DNA of 64,000 nucleotides from a virus (Duplodnaviria; Caudoviricetes): IMG/VR virus record IMGVR_UViG_2891339218_000001, positions 1 to 64,000 of that record; one strand, 5' to 3'. Shown piece by piece: positions 9,127 to 19,442 of this stretch (position 1 is its first letter; each line of letters starts with the position of its first letter). The notes under the pieces were generated by a model. It saw only the letters and a program-made list of their open reading frames with translations, ran no database searches and was not told where the DNA came from. The position numbers and the translations under genes were made by a program.

Positions 9127-9136
9127 GTGAGTTCCT

Positions 9137-10681
9137 TCAGGGGAGCGGAATGCCGAGGACGAACCAGCGGATGCCGACCATGGGCTTTTCATCCATGACG
9201 TTGACGATCTCGCCGCCGCCGGCCTCCCTGTAAAAGGTGTAGCGGGGCCGGCCCTTCGCCGTGTAGAACGTCGCTTCCGTCTGGCTATATCTGCAGTAGG
9301 AGCCGTCGCCGGAAAGCCCCCCATCGGAAAGGCTGTTCTGGAAGCGGCGGTTGACGCGCGGCGCGCGGATTTCTTCTGTCAGGCCCGAGCCATGCACCGT
9401 CATGTATTTGACGTAAGGGAAGAAGCCGGCCGCGTCGTAGGAAACGGTCGTTGCCGTCGGCGCGGCGAGGCTCCCGGTATGGGTCGGAACCGAGAAATAT
9501 CCATCGGCCAGGATCTGGATGACCGGGCGACGGCTGTCGAGAATGATGTCGCTGAAGCGCGGATTGGAAGCCGCACCGGGCCGCAGGAACTGTGTGACGT
9601 TTTCCCCGCCCTCGTCGAACTGCCGGAGCACATCGTTCGCCCCACTCGACGGCCCGAGAGGGTCGTAGCCATAGACGATGAACCGGGCGCGGCAGGCCTT
9701 CTTCGTGTTGTTGAAGCGGATCAGCGAACCATCGGTCCAGTACTCCACGCCATAGTTCGAATTCCCATCCGACAGCTTCATCGGATAGTGGATCTCGCTC
9801 GCCGACGCGTCGTAGCACGACATGTCGATCGCCGTGAGGGCCGGGAGGGTGATGCCGACATTGAACGAAGATGCACCCAGCGGAATCGCGATGTCCGCCG
9901 CAGCGATGACGTTGAGCGGGCGACCTGTCGCATCGAACGCGAGCTGCGAGGGCGTCGCCACATCGACATCATAGCCGGGCTTCGCCACCTTGCATTGCGT
10001 CGACGAAATCAGAACCGTTTCCTTGCCTTCCGGGTTTGGTGACGGCAGGGCTGGCCCGTCCAGCGCGGTGTTGTTGCCGGGCAGATTGTAGACGATGAGG
10101 ACGTGGTTGTATCCGGAGTCTTGGTCGTTCGAGTTGTAAGCGCTGGAACTGAAGGCGATGCCGTAATCGAGGTTCACAGGGGCGCCGCCATCGCTGACCT
10201 CCATCCGTCGCGACCAGGTTCCGGTACCACCTGTACCGTTAAAACCACCCAGAACGCCGGCCGGGCCGTAACTGGCTCCGTACGTTCTCTCCCGCATATT
10301 GCGTCCTCGATACCGATCATTGCTGCGCCATATCGGGAGAAGGTCAAAGACAGGCATACTATAGCGGACATCGGGATATCGAACGGTGCCCCGCACGTAG
10401 TATGTCGATTCCTCAAAGCGATTATCCGAATCGATACGCATGAGGCCAAAGGTCGATGCAGAGGCGGAGGCCGGGCTTTTCACATAACGCGGGCTCGAAC
10501 CTCCCCAGACCACGTAAGGACACTCGTCGAGTTCGGGCGTTGAAAGCTGGTTCGTCCATTTCGAGCTAAAGTAAAACCGTTCCCGCCGCTCATCGCTCGT
10601 CGTGATGGGGTCATAAGCGCCCTTCGTGATCTTCACGCAGGCGACACCAGTGCTGTCCTTGCCGATCAGGACTTCGGTCAT
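9137..10681 (-). CDS. Minor tail protein
   Basis: 514-aa beta-rich ORF coupled to the central tail gene; KVAKPGYDV motif. Confidence 0.7.
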   Translation of the reverse strand: MTEVLIGKDSTGVACVKITKGAYDPITTSDERRERFYFSSKWTNQLSTPELDECPYVVWGGSSPRYVKSPASASASTFGLMRIDSDNRFEESTYYVRGTVRYPDVRYSMPVFDLLPIWRSNDRYRGRNMRERTYGASYGPAGVLGGFNGTGGTGTWSRRMEVSDGGAPVNLDYGIAFSSSAYNSNDQDSGYNHVLIVYNLPGNNTALDGPALPSPNPEGKETVLISSTQCKVAKPGYDVDVATPSQLAFDATGRPLNVIAAADIAIPLGASSFNVGITLPALTAIDMSCYDASASEIHYPMKLSDGNSNYGVEYWTDGSLIRFNNTKKACRARFIVYGYDPLGPSSGANDVLRQFDEGGENVTQFLRPGAASNPRFSDIILDSRRPVIQILADGYFSVPTHTGSLAAPTATTVSYDAAGFFPYVKYMTVHGSGLTEEIRAPRVNRRFQNSLSDGGLSGDGSYCRYSQTEATFYTAKGRPRYTFYREAGGGEIVNVMDEKPMVGIRWFVLGIPLP

Positions 10682-11064
10682 GACGATATCCTGATCGTGC
10701 CGGCATTGAGGTCGATCCGCATCTTGCCGTTGAGGCTTTGCAGCACGCCGGCATTGACCGTCCCGATATTGGCGACGTTCATGATGACCTGGCCGCCGGA
10801 AACGACGAATGGCTTGTCTCGGTTGCTTCCGTTGCGAACAGCGAATTGATCAGCGTCGATGAGGAAGACACTGTCTTGGCTCTCATCGGAGGGAACATCG
10901 ATATAGAAGCCAGCGCCGCGCTCGACGCCCGACGAAGTGTACTTGGCCCGCGCCGCAATCCGAGCATAGCCGCTGGGTCCGGCGATAGTCGTCATGCGGA
11001 ACCGGGCGCCCGCAGAGTTGCCATTGACTGTCGCAGAGATGCTGTCCACCAGGTCCGCAGTGGC

Positions 11065-11605
11065 TTGGATACGTGTGTCAGCTACCGCGACCCACGTTGT
11101 CCCATCGTAACGTTTGGCGAGGTTTCCGTTCGCGATGTCAAACCAAACATCCCCAGCGCGTATAGGGATAGCTGTCGTGCCTGTAGGCTGAGTGGAACTG
11201 CGATATATCTTGTTCTTCGCATCAGCCACGGCGACGACGTTCGTCACGTCGGTACGGATGACGGAGAGCCCCGTAGCCTTGCCCCCGCCCGGTTGCGCAT
11301 CATCCCATCCAAGTTCGGACTGGATGGACGTGATCGCCGCCGCCGAAGAGGAGACGCGCGCGTCGGTGACATCGACCCACCCCGAGCCATTCCACCGTTT
11401 TGTCAGGTTGTCGTTTGCCGTGTCGGTCCAAAGATCGCCGGCCTGCAATGCATATCCACCACTGGGGTTGGCCGGGGCCGTCGGTTGCCTGAACGTCCGG
11501 TTCTTCGCGGATGCCATACCAAAGGAAATGGCAACATCCGCCTTGAGAATGCTTAAGGCCGTCGCCCGCGAGCCGCTTGGCTGACCGTCATCCCAGCCCA
11601 GTTCC
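11065..11605 (-). repeat. Two tandem ~96-aa repeats in the central tail protein
   Basis: ELGWDD.QP.G..AT.LS...DV...AKN...R...P...AGD.W.D.AN.NL.KR..G..WV.V.D occurs twice; coordinates approximate. Confidence 0.85.
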
Positions 11606-13880
11606 GCTTTCACTTGCGTGAACGCCGTGCCAGCCGCGGCGGTCAGCAGTTCGTTGGCGGTAAGCCGGCTGTCGAGACCCTGAACTGCACTCACCTTGGC
11701 GAGGTTCGGAAGCTCCGCCTGCGTCTTCGTCAGCGCGGTGCTGACGACGGAAAGATTGTCGTTCGTCTGCTCGATCAGCGTCGTCAGCGACTGCGACACA
11801 TCCGCGACGATCTTCTTGTTCTCGATATTCGCAAGGAACTGCTGGAAGCCCTGCTCCATCAGCTGCGAGGCCATCGGCAACAGTTCATTGCGGATCGACG
11901 TCACCGCCTTGCCGAGGCTCGATACGCCGCCAGCATCCAGTGCCTCGATATCGTTCTCAAGCGCCTGCACACTCTCGATTGAGGCCTTGCCTTCGATCTC
12001 CGTTTCCAGACTGCCCAGCACCGCACCAAAAGCCGTGAGGCCATCTTCGGTGAGCTCGACGCGGGTGTCGATGGCGTTCACCGCTGTCGACAGGGCATTG
12101 AGGCCGGTCGTCGGGCTGTTGATCGCCGCCTGCAAGACGGTGATGTCGCTCGCCTGCGCATCATCGGCCGAGATGCGCGCCGTGCGCTCCGCCAGCAGTT
12201 CCGCGCGCGATGCACCCGGCGACGGGCTGCCGATGCCGACCCAGTCGATAAGGAAATAGTTGCTGGGCGACTGCGCGGTCGAAAGGTCAATGCGGATGGA
12301 ATCGATCGTGTTCGACCAGTCCATCTGAAAGGTGATGACGCCATAGCCGTTCCCATCATAGGACGGTTCGGAAATCGTGGTGCGCCGGCCGCTGTCCCAT
12401 GTCGTGTCGGTGGTCGTCTTCCACCATGCATACCCGACCCATGTCGGCGTTCCGACCTTGCGGACGCGGGCACGCACCTGCCGGTAGGCGGTGGCCTGGA
12501 TGGCAAGGCCCGTCGGCGAAACCACATAGGGCGTGCTCGCCTGATCGGCCGGTCGGAGGGCGCCGGAGGCATCGAACGTCGGCGTGCCGTTGCCGGTCCA
12601 TCCCTCGACGGTCGAAACGAAGTTCCACAGCTGCGCCGGGTCGAACTGGTTCAGCGTGCCGACCGAAAGCAGCGCGATCTGCTGGGCAAGCGCGGCAAGC
12701 CCGTCGACGGATGCCGTCTCGATTTGCCCGACAAGCGCCGTCAGCGTCGAATTGCCGGTTTCCAGCCGCGTCAGTCGCTGCACCAGCCCGCTATTGTCGC
12801 CGGTCGCGACGACGATGCGCTGGTCGAACTCGGCATAGACGTCGTTGACACGCGCCGTCAGCAGCGTGCGAAGCTGCTCGACGTGCTGGTAGCCCTCGAA
12901 ACTGGCATTGGCGAGGAGGTCGCGAACAGCCCCGACTTCATCGATCAGCGCGCGATAGCGGCCGGCGAGAAGATGCGTCTCGGCAACGCGCTGCTCCTGC
13001 TCTTCGAGGATCTGCGTGACGCGGGCGTCCGTCTCCGCCTCAATCTGGTTTTCCAGATCGTCGATCTCGGCGCCCATGAAGTCTTCGAAGTCTTCGAAGC
13101 GCTCGTTCAGCTCCTCCACCATGCCCGGCAGGTAGACCGGCGCGGTGCTGCCGGAAGTAGTCACCCATGGCGTCCAGGTCTTCAGGCGATCCGGCTGCGT
13201 GACGATCGTGGCACGGGCCGAGTATGGCGAGCCCGGCACGATGTTGGTGCCGGTTTCATCCGTTCCCTCTTCCGGCTGGTCGCAGCGCCATTTCTGGATG
13301 GTCTTGCCTGTGGGGTCGACCCCATCGAAATACTCGAAGCGCACGGCGACGATCGACGGATCATCCGGCGGCGTCCAGGTGAACTGCAGCGTCGGGTATT
13401 CCGTGCCGTCAGGGCCAGTCAGCAGGCCGACGGCAACGCCAAAGTTCTGCACGGTCGAGAGCAGCGACGGATTGAGCGGAGCCGTCGGCGGAATGACGAT
13501 CGGGCCGGGCTCGATGTCCTCGTCGTCGTAGATATCGGCGCCGGTCTCGGAGAGCTTCAGCGTCACGCAGAAGCGCTCGTCGAGCGACCATTGCGTGATC
13601 ATCCACGTCTTGCCGCGCCAGGTGATCCACTCGCCTTCCTGCACCTTCATGCCGACGCGGCGGCTGACGGGCAGCGTCGCCGTGCCGCCCTTGCGGTTCT
13701 GGCGGTAGCGAATGTTCAGAAGATACTGCGCGATATCCGGGTCGGTGACCTGCAGGAAGTCGTTGCTTACCTGCCGGGTGCGCCCATCCTCAGCGACATC
13801 GAGGTTCACATAGATCGGCTTCAGGCTTTCCGGGTTCCACATCGCCTCGATCGAGGTGAACTGGCCGGACATGTGGTTGT

Positions 13881-13890
13881 ACCGGTCGAA
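13881..13890 (+). repeat. Satellite left att core ACCGGTCGAA
   Basis: Identical to 32551-32560; 13862-13890 matches 32532-32560 at 23 of 29 positions without gaps. Confidence 0.92.
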
Positions 13891-13908
13891 GAATTTTATG
13901 CAGCTAAA

Positions 13909-15192
13909 TCAATTTAGTAGCGTCGTTTGCCGCGTCATTGCCGCGCCGAGATCCGCTGCGATCGCTGCCGAGGCCTGCCGCAGGCGGTCATCTTCCGGGA
14001 AAAGATGGCCATAAACGTCGTACGTGATTGTCACCGACGAGTGCCCCATGACTGTCTTAAGATTGATCGCAGGGAGGCCGTTTTCAATAAAGAGGCTTGC
14101 CGCTGCGTGGCGTAGCGCATGGGGGCTAAATAACGGTCGATCGCCAACCATCAGTCCCGCCTTTTTCATCAATGGTGTCCAGAACATTTTGTTCTGGTTG
14201 ACGGTGATGGGCTTCCCGATTTTGGTGACGAGAACATGGCCAGAGGGCAGATTCTCCAAGTCCGGCTCTTCATCTTTTCGGAGAAAGGAGCGGAGCTTTG
14301 CCTTCCGCAGGGTGATATCGTGGTAGTCGCGGTTCCACCGTTCGGCGTTTTGCGTTTGCCAGTACCGAATAACCTCCAGCAGTGCAAAGCGGATTGGCGC
14401 CGACATCGGGACGTCGCGCACGCCGGCTTGCGTCTTCGGCTCCTTGAGCCCATCGTGATAGCTCTGGCTATGGCGGATGTGGATCACTTCCTTGTCAAAA
14501 TCCACGTCCGACCACTGGAGGCCTGCTATCTCGCCCTTACGTAAACCGCCGAAAGCTCCCAGGCACACGAATACGAGCCTGTTTACCCAAGTCAGCGCCT
14601 GCTCGTTTTCGAGGTCCAACGCAGCGCTGATGAGCGTCTTCAATTCGGCTTTGCTAGGGACATAGACGCGTCGCTTTCCTCCACGAGGTAAAGAGACCGG
14701 ATCGTCTCTGAGAATGTTCCGCTTGGCCCACTTCTTCTTGACGGCATACGCCAGCAGCAAATGAAGAACGTCGTGGATCTTCCTAACCGTCGTCTGGGAA
14801 AAATCGCCAATCTTCTCATCAATCACTGCCTGGACGTGATGGGCCTCAAGGTTACACAAGCGCAGTGCGCCGATTGACGCGACGACATGGTTTTCCAGAA
14901 CATACCGGTATGACGCTAGCGTCTGTCCGGTCATGCGGTCGCCAACCTTCCGCCGCCGTTCGCAGTTTCCGAGGAATTCCTCGACCGCCTTTGCGACCGT
15001 GACGCTCTCGCTCTTATGGGTGTGAACCCCCGCCTCTATATCCGCCTCAATACGAATTCGAGCGCGGTCAGCATCCTTCTTGGATTTTTCCGTGAGCATA
15101 CGGCGCTTGCCGGACTGATCGGTGTAGTCGACAACCCAAGCTGTCCGCTCCACCCCCTTGTGTGTCCATACCCGTTTGCGAACTGAAGCCAT
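13909..15192 (-). CDS. int: Tyrosine integrase of the satellite
   Basis: R (GLRKGE), HxxR (HALR), H (MGHS), Y (DVYGH); stops 18 bp from the att core. Confidence 0.95.
   Translation of the reverse strand: MASVRKRVWTHKGVERTAWVVDYTDQSGKRRMLTEKSKKDADRARIRIEADIEAGVHTHKSESVTVAKAVEEFLGNCERRRKVGDRMTGQTLASYRYVLENHVVASIGALRLCNLEAHHVQAVIDEKIGDFSQTTVRKIHDVLHLLLAYAVKKKWAKRNILRDDPVSLPRGGKRRVYVPSKAELKTLISAALDLENEQALTWVNRLVFVCLGAFGGLRKGEIAGLQWSDVDFDKEVIHIRHSQSYHDGLKEPKTQAGVRDVPMSAPIRFALLEVIRYWQTQNAERWNRDYHDITLRKAKLRSFLRKDEEPDLENLPSGHVLVTKIGKPITVNQNKMFWTPLMKKAGLMVGDRPLFSPHALRHAAASLFIENGLPAINLKTVMGHSSVTITYDVYGHLFPEDDRLRQASAAIAADLGAAMTRQTTLLN
13927..13945 (+). repeat. Putative integrase arm-type sites (left arm)
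   Basis: TTGCCGCG twice with 11-bp period; related TTGTCGC three times at 32366-32394. Confidence 0.65.
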
Positions 15193-15194
15193 GG

Positions 15195-15536
15195 TTACAC
15201 CTCCTGCTCTGCTTTTCTGACGTTGTTGATGATAGCCGGTGCATGCTCGCCGCCCATGGCGGTATAGACCGGGATGGCTTTGTCGAGGATCGGCTTGAGG
15301 CCTGCGCGCCAGTAAAGCGACCGCTCCTCACCATTGAAGGCATGCTTGGGGAACTCGACACGGCAATAGCCGCGCTTCTCCAGAACGAGCCGGCAGTTCC
15401 AGATCTCCATGAAGCCGAGGGATAGGTCGAAGAACGCTATGCCGATATCGCCATTCTCTCGCTCACGCGGTGCATTGACGATCTCCATGGATGTGATTGT
15501 GAAGGTTACACCTTCCGGGAGGGATGCCACTGGCAT
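15195..15536 (-). CDS. SpoVG-like nucleic-acid-binding protein
   Basis: AFFDL..G..I.NCRL....V.FP pattern; coupled to int. Confidence 0.45.
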   Translation of the reverse strand: MPVASLPEGVTFTITSMEIVNAPRERENGDIGIAFFDLSLGFMEIWNCRLVLEKRGYCRVEFPKHAFNGEERSLYWRAGLKPILDKAIPVYTAMGGEHAPAIINNVRKAEQEV

Positions 15537-15731
15537 TGAAATATCCTTTCTTTGAGACGATAGGCCCGGCCACGGATGCAGCCGGGCCGGTTGATCAGCT
15601 TGCTTTACGCTGACTGTCGGGGTCGCATTGGTCGATGATCCACAGCGCGCAGTCCCCGAGAAATTCGCTCGCGTAGGCGATGCACTTGGCGGCTTTCAGC
15701 AGGAGGATTGCAATCATGAGGGCGATGATCT

Positions 15732-15977
15732 TCATGACCGCTCCCCTTCAATTGTCACGTCGTCGGGAAAAGCCGCCAACGCGTCTTCCAGCTTCAATGC
15801 GAATGGAACGAGCATGGCGAACATCGCTTGCACGCCGTCGATTTGCCCGCGGAGCGCCGGCGGGCCGCAGACCGGCTGAAGGCCGAGCACCATGTCGTTC
15901 AGGATGAATAGTCCTGAATTCAGCTGGTTGAGGCCGGTTTTGACGTCCGCGAGGTCGGTAAGCCTTGCCTCCCTCAT
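15732..15977 (-). CDS. Hypothetical protein
   Basis: ATGA overlaps on both sides. Confidence 0.55.
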   Translation of the reverse strand: MREARLTDLADVKTGLNQLNSGLFILNDMVLGLQPVCGPPALRGQIDGVQAMFAMLVPFALKLEDALAAFPDDVTIEGERS

Positions 15978-16555
15978 CGCGGCACCAACGTGGTGAAGAT
16001 GCTGCCGTCTTTGAGAAGGTGATGCCGAGTGCCGATAATCTCGCTGTAAGGCTCCCGGCGTGTCTTGGCGCGAAGCAGCATCTCAGCCGCCAAGATCGAG
16101 CCGGTGCCGTCGTAGAGCGCGTCCGGCTCGTAAGGGCGCCATTCGTCTTCCGAGCCGCAATAATCCGTCTCGTCGCCGTTCTGGTCGAGTTCATCGTCGT
16201 CGTGCGGCTCGTCAAGAATGTCGCCGCCGTCTTCGTTCTCGACCTCGCATTCGTCTTGGCCCCAGACGCGCGGCCAGTCCTCTTGCGACCGGCAAACGTA
16301 GTCGTTCGATGCGCCAAGGGTCGGTTCGTCGTCGCTGCCGTCCTCGTCGTCTTCGAGCGGGTTAGTGCCTGTGTCCCCGCCTTCGGCATACGACTGGTCG
16401 CGCTCGTCACCGTTCGCTTCAAGGTCGGGGTCGCCCTCGGCCGCGTCGAGCAAGTCGATAAGCCGTTCAATCGACATGGCGATCGCGGCGCGGTTGCCGT
16501 GGGGAATGAAAAACAGCGTGCCGTCACGCCTCTGAATATCAGGGTAGTGTTCCAT
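15974..16555 (-). CDS. Highly acidic protein, first ORF under C4-type RNA control
   Basis: ATG at 16555 just after the b2 site; D/E-rich core (LEDDEDGSDDE, DEPHDDDELD). Confidence 0.65.
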   Translation of the reverse strand: MEHYPDIQRRDGTLFFIPHGNRAAIAMSIERLIDLLDAAEGDPDLEANGDERDQSYAEGGDTGTNPLEDDEDGSDDEPTLGASNDYVCRSQEDWPRVWGQDECEVENEDGGDILDEPHDDDELDQNGDETDYCGSEDEWRPYEPDALYDGTGSILAAEMLLRAKTRREPYSEIIGTRHHLLKDGSIFTTLVPR

Positions 16556-16644
16556 GGTGGTTCTCTCGGATCGAACCGGCTTCTCACGGCCGGCGGCGTA
16601 TCGTCTTCTCACAGATCGATCAGCCTATGCCGGTGACAGACCGG

Positions 16645-16727
16645 CAGCCGGGGGGTGAGAACCAGCCGAGAGACTGGCGCGACGTTTTTAAGGTTTCCCT
16701 CTGGACAGAACGGCGCACCCCGGCCAT
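16645..16727 (-). ncRNA. C4/P4-CI-type antisense immunity RNA
   Basis: Terminal stem GGCCGGGG/CCCCGGCT carrying TCTCTCGG and TTCTCAC, complementary to GTGAGAA...CCGAGA sites upstream (16855-16875) and downstream (16562-16587); ends approximate. Confidence 0.7.
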
Positions 16728-16885
16728 AAAGGTCGGGTCGCATCCGTGCCGCCAAGCACGCGCGTCGAGGAACTGCGAAGCGCACTCCTCATTCAACCGC
16801 CGCCCAACGCCGCCAAGCGTCAGGGCAATTCCTGCCAAGGAATTGTGTGCGGTCTATCTCGGTCCGGGTTCTCACGCCCACGGAC

Positions 16886-16914
16886 AACTTGCCTGATTTG
16901 ATACCGACATTCAA
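16886..16914 (-). promoter_or_regulatory. Candidate sigma70 promoter for the C4-int operon
   Basis: TTGAAT-N17-CAAGTT on the minus strand just upstream of the a1 site. Confidence 0.45.
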
Positions 16915-16998
16915 GCACACCCTCGCCAAAGGGTGGATGCTTGCGTTGATTATCGACCTCTGCCACCGTTGCTCGCGAGGGTAGATTCGGAGGGGTGA

Positions 16999-17667
16999 AT
17001 GGAAACCTGCGCGGGGTTCTGGGATTTTTGGGCGGGACTAAATCTATCGTCAGTGCAATGGCTCGAATGGGCAAAAGCAGCTTTCGACCTTCTAAAGGGC
17101 ATCGCGTGGCCGGCCGCAATTTTTTGGCTCGTATTCCTATTTCGAAAGCAGATTCGCGAGCGTATCCCCCATGTCATTGAGGTCGGCCCCACTCGCGCTC
17201 TTTTCCAACAACCCCAAGCTCAGCCAATCAAGGCAAACGCCAGCATTGACGGGTCGCCCGACAGATTGGCTACGGTCGTCGAACTTGAAAAGGATGTTAA
17301 AGCGCGCCTCGAAAGGATTGCTCCCGAGTACCGCGAAGTCGAGCTAGTACGAGCTGTTGCGGAAAGTCGCCTTGTCGCAAACTTTGAGTATATTTTTGCC
17401 AGCATTTTTGCTTCCCAAATTGACTTCCTTCTTGAACTCACGAAAAGCCCACGCGGTGAGGGTGACAGCGAGTTGTATTTCACCCAGAGCGTCCTGTCGA
17501 AGGACAGCGAATTTTTTTCTGAAATCGGATTTGAACGATGGCGAGCATACTTGCTATCTCAAGAACTCGCGGTTTTGCACGAAGAGAAAATAGAAATCAC
17601 AGACAAAGGAAAAGATTTTCTGTGGTGGGTCGAGAGGGCGAAACAGGGATTTATTAGACCAGGATGA
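16999..17667 (+). CDS. Satellite accessory membrane-anchored protein with a winged-helix-like C-terminus
   Basis: LLKGIAWPAAIFWLVFLFR TM; ITDKGKDFL tail; AT-richer; start uncertain. Confidence 0.6.
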   Translation: METCAGFWDFWAGLNLSSVQWLEWAKAAFDLLKGIAWPAAIFWLVFLFRKQIRERIPHVIEVGPTRALFQQPQAQPIKANASIDGSPDRLATVVELEKDVKARLERIAPEYREVELVRAVAESRLVANFEYIFASIFASQIDFLLELTKSPRGEGDSELYFTQSVLSKDSEFFSEIGFERWRAYLLSQELAVLHEEKIEITDKGKDFLWWVERAKQGFIRPG

Positions 17668-17996
17668 TCAAATCGATTCTGCTGCCCCTAACTCTCCTAG
17701 TCGGGCTTATTGCAACGGGCTTTGTTTGGCTAGGAGGCGTCCGTATCATTGTCATCCAACCCATCGGCGCGTTGCCCGACGGGGTGACGGCGATTGTCGC
17801 AGGCCTCAGCAGCGTAAACCTGCTCGATAGCCCCGACGCAATCTGCAACCGACATGAGGGAGGCGTCAGCCTACTCTGCCGGGGTCGTGAAGCTGCAGCC
17901 ATCGCCGAAAAAGGAAGGATTCTTCTGCGCCTTCCGTACAGCGAGACGCTTTTTCGAATGACTGGTGCGCCCAGCGGCAAAGGACGAAGAGTATGA
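17664..17996 (+). CDS. Satellite accessory membrane/exported protein
   Basis: N-terminal TM; two Cys; ATGA overlap. Confidence 0.6.
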   Translation: MIKSILLPLTLLVGLIATGFVWLGGVRIIVIQPIGALPDGVTAIVAGLSSVNLLDSPDAICNRHEGGVSLLCRGREAAAIAEKGRILLRLPYSETLFRMTGAPSGKGRRV

Positions 17997-18388
17997 TCAT
18001 GCGCTTTATTCTGATGGGCGTGCTCTTAACTTCTACCGCGCCCGCGCACGCGGGATTTGTCCAACAAAACGATTCAATCGCGCTTGCCGCCATTTCCGGA
18101 GCGTTCGACACCATCGGAGAGCAGTCGGGTTTGTCAGCAAAGGATTTCGCCGCAGCCAAAAGAAGCGCTATAACCTGGTACCATTTAGGCCCTTGTGAAG
18201 GCAGCACGAAGCACATTGATCGCCAGCTCGCCCACGGCGTCATATCGTTGACCGCATCGCCTGATCCGCGGAGCCCATTCGTTGCGGCAACGCTGCAAAT
18301 GATTGCGATAATGGCCGTTCAGAACTTGGGCCGAGAGGCACCAAAGTGGCTTTGCGACTACGTCGGAACGCTTGCAACCAGCAATTAA
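17993..18388 (+). CDS. Satellite accessory exported protein
   Basis: Signal peptide ending APAHA; ATGA overlap. Confidence 0.6.
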   Translation: MIMRFILMGVLLTSTAPAHAGFVQQNDSIALAAISGAFDTIGEQSGLSAKDFAAAKRSAITWYHLGPCEGSTKHIDRQLAHGVISLTASPDPRSPFVAATLQMIAIMAVQNLGREAPKWLCDYVGTLATSN

Positions 18389-18427
18389 GCGACCCGGTTG
18401 GACCACCCGTTTAACATACGGGCTTGA

Positions 18428-18793
18428 TTAACCGCCAAGCATCACATCGAGCATGCCAGCGGTGAGCGGCGTAGTGGATATTGGCGGCAAGGTCTTCACG
18501 CCCTCGGGTGCAGGTGTCGTCTTTTCCCGTGCGTATTCCATCCACACTTCATCCATGGCGCGCAGGACGGCGATGTGGCGCGGTTCCACGGGCCAGCAGG
18601 TTGAGCGCGCATAGGCCTCAATCTCGCCGTAGCTGATCGGCTCAGGCCCGGCGAGGCCGGCGCGACGAGTGCGGCTGAGGTCCAGAAACCAACGCCAGAG
18701 TAGTTCGCCGCCGGCAGGCACCTGCATGACACAGGCACCTTTCGCCTCAAGCTGACGCTTCAGTTCCGCGCAGAGGAGCTTTTCAAGGTTCAT
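18428..18793 (-). CDS. Satellite tail assembly chaperone, gpT-like, stand-alone
   Basis: LWRWFLDLSRTR..G..PISYGEIEAYA......L.AMD motif, related to helper 38476-38847. Confidence 0.7.
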   Translation of the reverse strand: MNLEKLLCAELKRQLEAKGACVMQVPAGGELLWRWFLDLSRTRRAGLAGPEPISYGEIEAYARSTCWPVEPRHIAVLRAMDEVWMEYAREKTTPAPEGVKTLPPISTTPLTAGMLDVMLGG

Positions 18794-19442
18794 AGATGAA
18801 CACCTCGGTTGCCGAGAACGAGCCCGAGCGGTCGCCCCACGATTTCGGCGCCTGCACGCTGCCCGGATCGATCATCATCACCGTCGCGGGCTTCTCGAAA
18901 TCCACCACGGCGGCGGTGTTGAAGTTCTGCGTGTCGAGCCCGAACATGATCCTCAGCGAGACAACGCCGCTGGAATTGGCGGTCGCGTCGGCCGTGATCC
19001 GGTGGAGCGAACGCGTCAGGAGGGTCATGCGGAACTCGACATAGTCACCGGCCGAGAGCTTGAAGCCCGCCGGCAGGCCTGAGACGACGACGTTCCGGCT
19101 GTCGGTGATGGTATCGAGGACAGCACGGCCGTCGAATGCCCCGCCCCCCGCTTTCGTGCCGGACAAGGGCTTCCCCTCGTCGTGCGCGATGGGTCGCGGC
19201 CTGGACAGGTCATAACCGATGAAGGGCGAGCCGCGCGGGCCGGACTCCATCACGAAAGCATCAAACCGGCCGTACTCGACCTCTTCCAGCGGCACCGTCT
19301 TGAACGATGCGCGCCAGTAAGGGGTCATGCTCGACATGATTTCCGAGCGACGCCGTTCCATCATGCTCACGTCGGAAGGGTCAACCGGGTCAAACTGGCA
19401 AGCGGCCCAAAGGACTGCCGGAAGTTCCATAGGATCGGGCAT
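18783..19442 (-). CDS. Satellite distal-tail (Dit-like) protein
   Basis: Directly after the tape measure; 140 of 217 aa identical (hand, ungapped) to helper 34655..35308. Confidence 0.75.
   Translation of the reverse strand: MPDPMELPAVLWAACQFDPVDPSDVSMMERRRSEIMSSMTPYWRASFKTVPLEEVEYGRFDAFVMESGPRGSPFIGYDLSRPRPIAHDEGKPLSGTKAGGGAFDGRAVLDTITDSRNVVVSGLPAGFKLSAGDYVEFRMTLLTRSLHRITADATANSSGVVSLRIMFGLDTQNFNTAAVVDFEKPATVMMIDPGSVQAPKSWGDRSGSFSATEVFIYEP

Larger units (their letters stand above)
10678..13890 (-). pseudogene. 3' part of the helper central tail-tip/fibre (lambda-J-like) gene, split by the satellite
   Basis: Reads FDRYNHMSGQFTS from the att core; fibronectin-like region, long coiled coil and DUF1983-like end (FLIDADQFAV...KPFVV...MRIDLNAG). 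Confidence 0.88.

Noticed and set aside
10678-13872. 1064-aa ORF as an independent gene starting MSGQFT
   Set aside because: The ATG is an internal Met 8 bp from the att core with no clear RBS; better explained as the 3' part of the split gene. Low-level expression cannot be excluded.
7066-13872. Invertible tail-fibre (shufflon) system
   Set aside because: No invertase, inverted crossover sites or reversed fibre cassettes seen.
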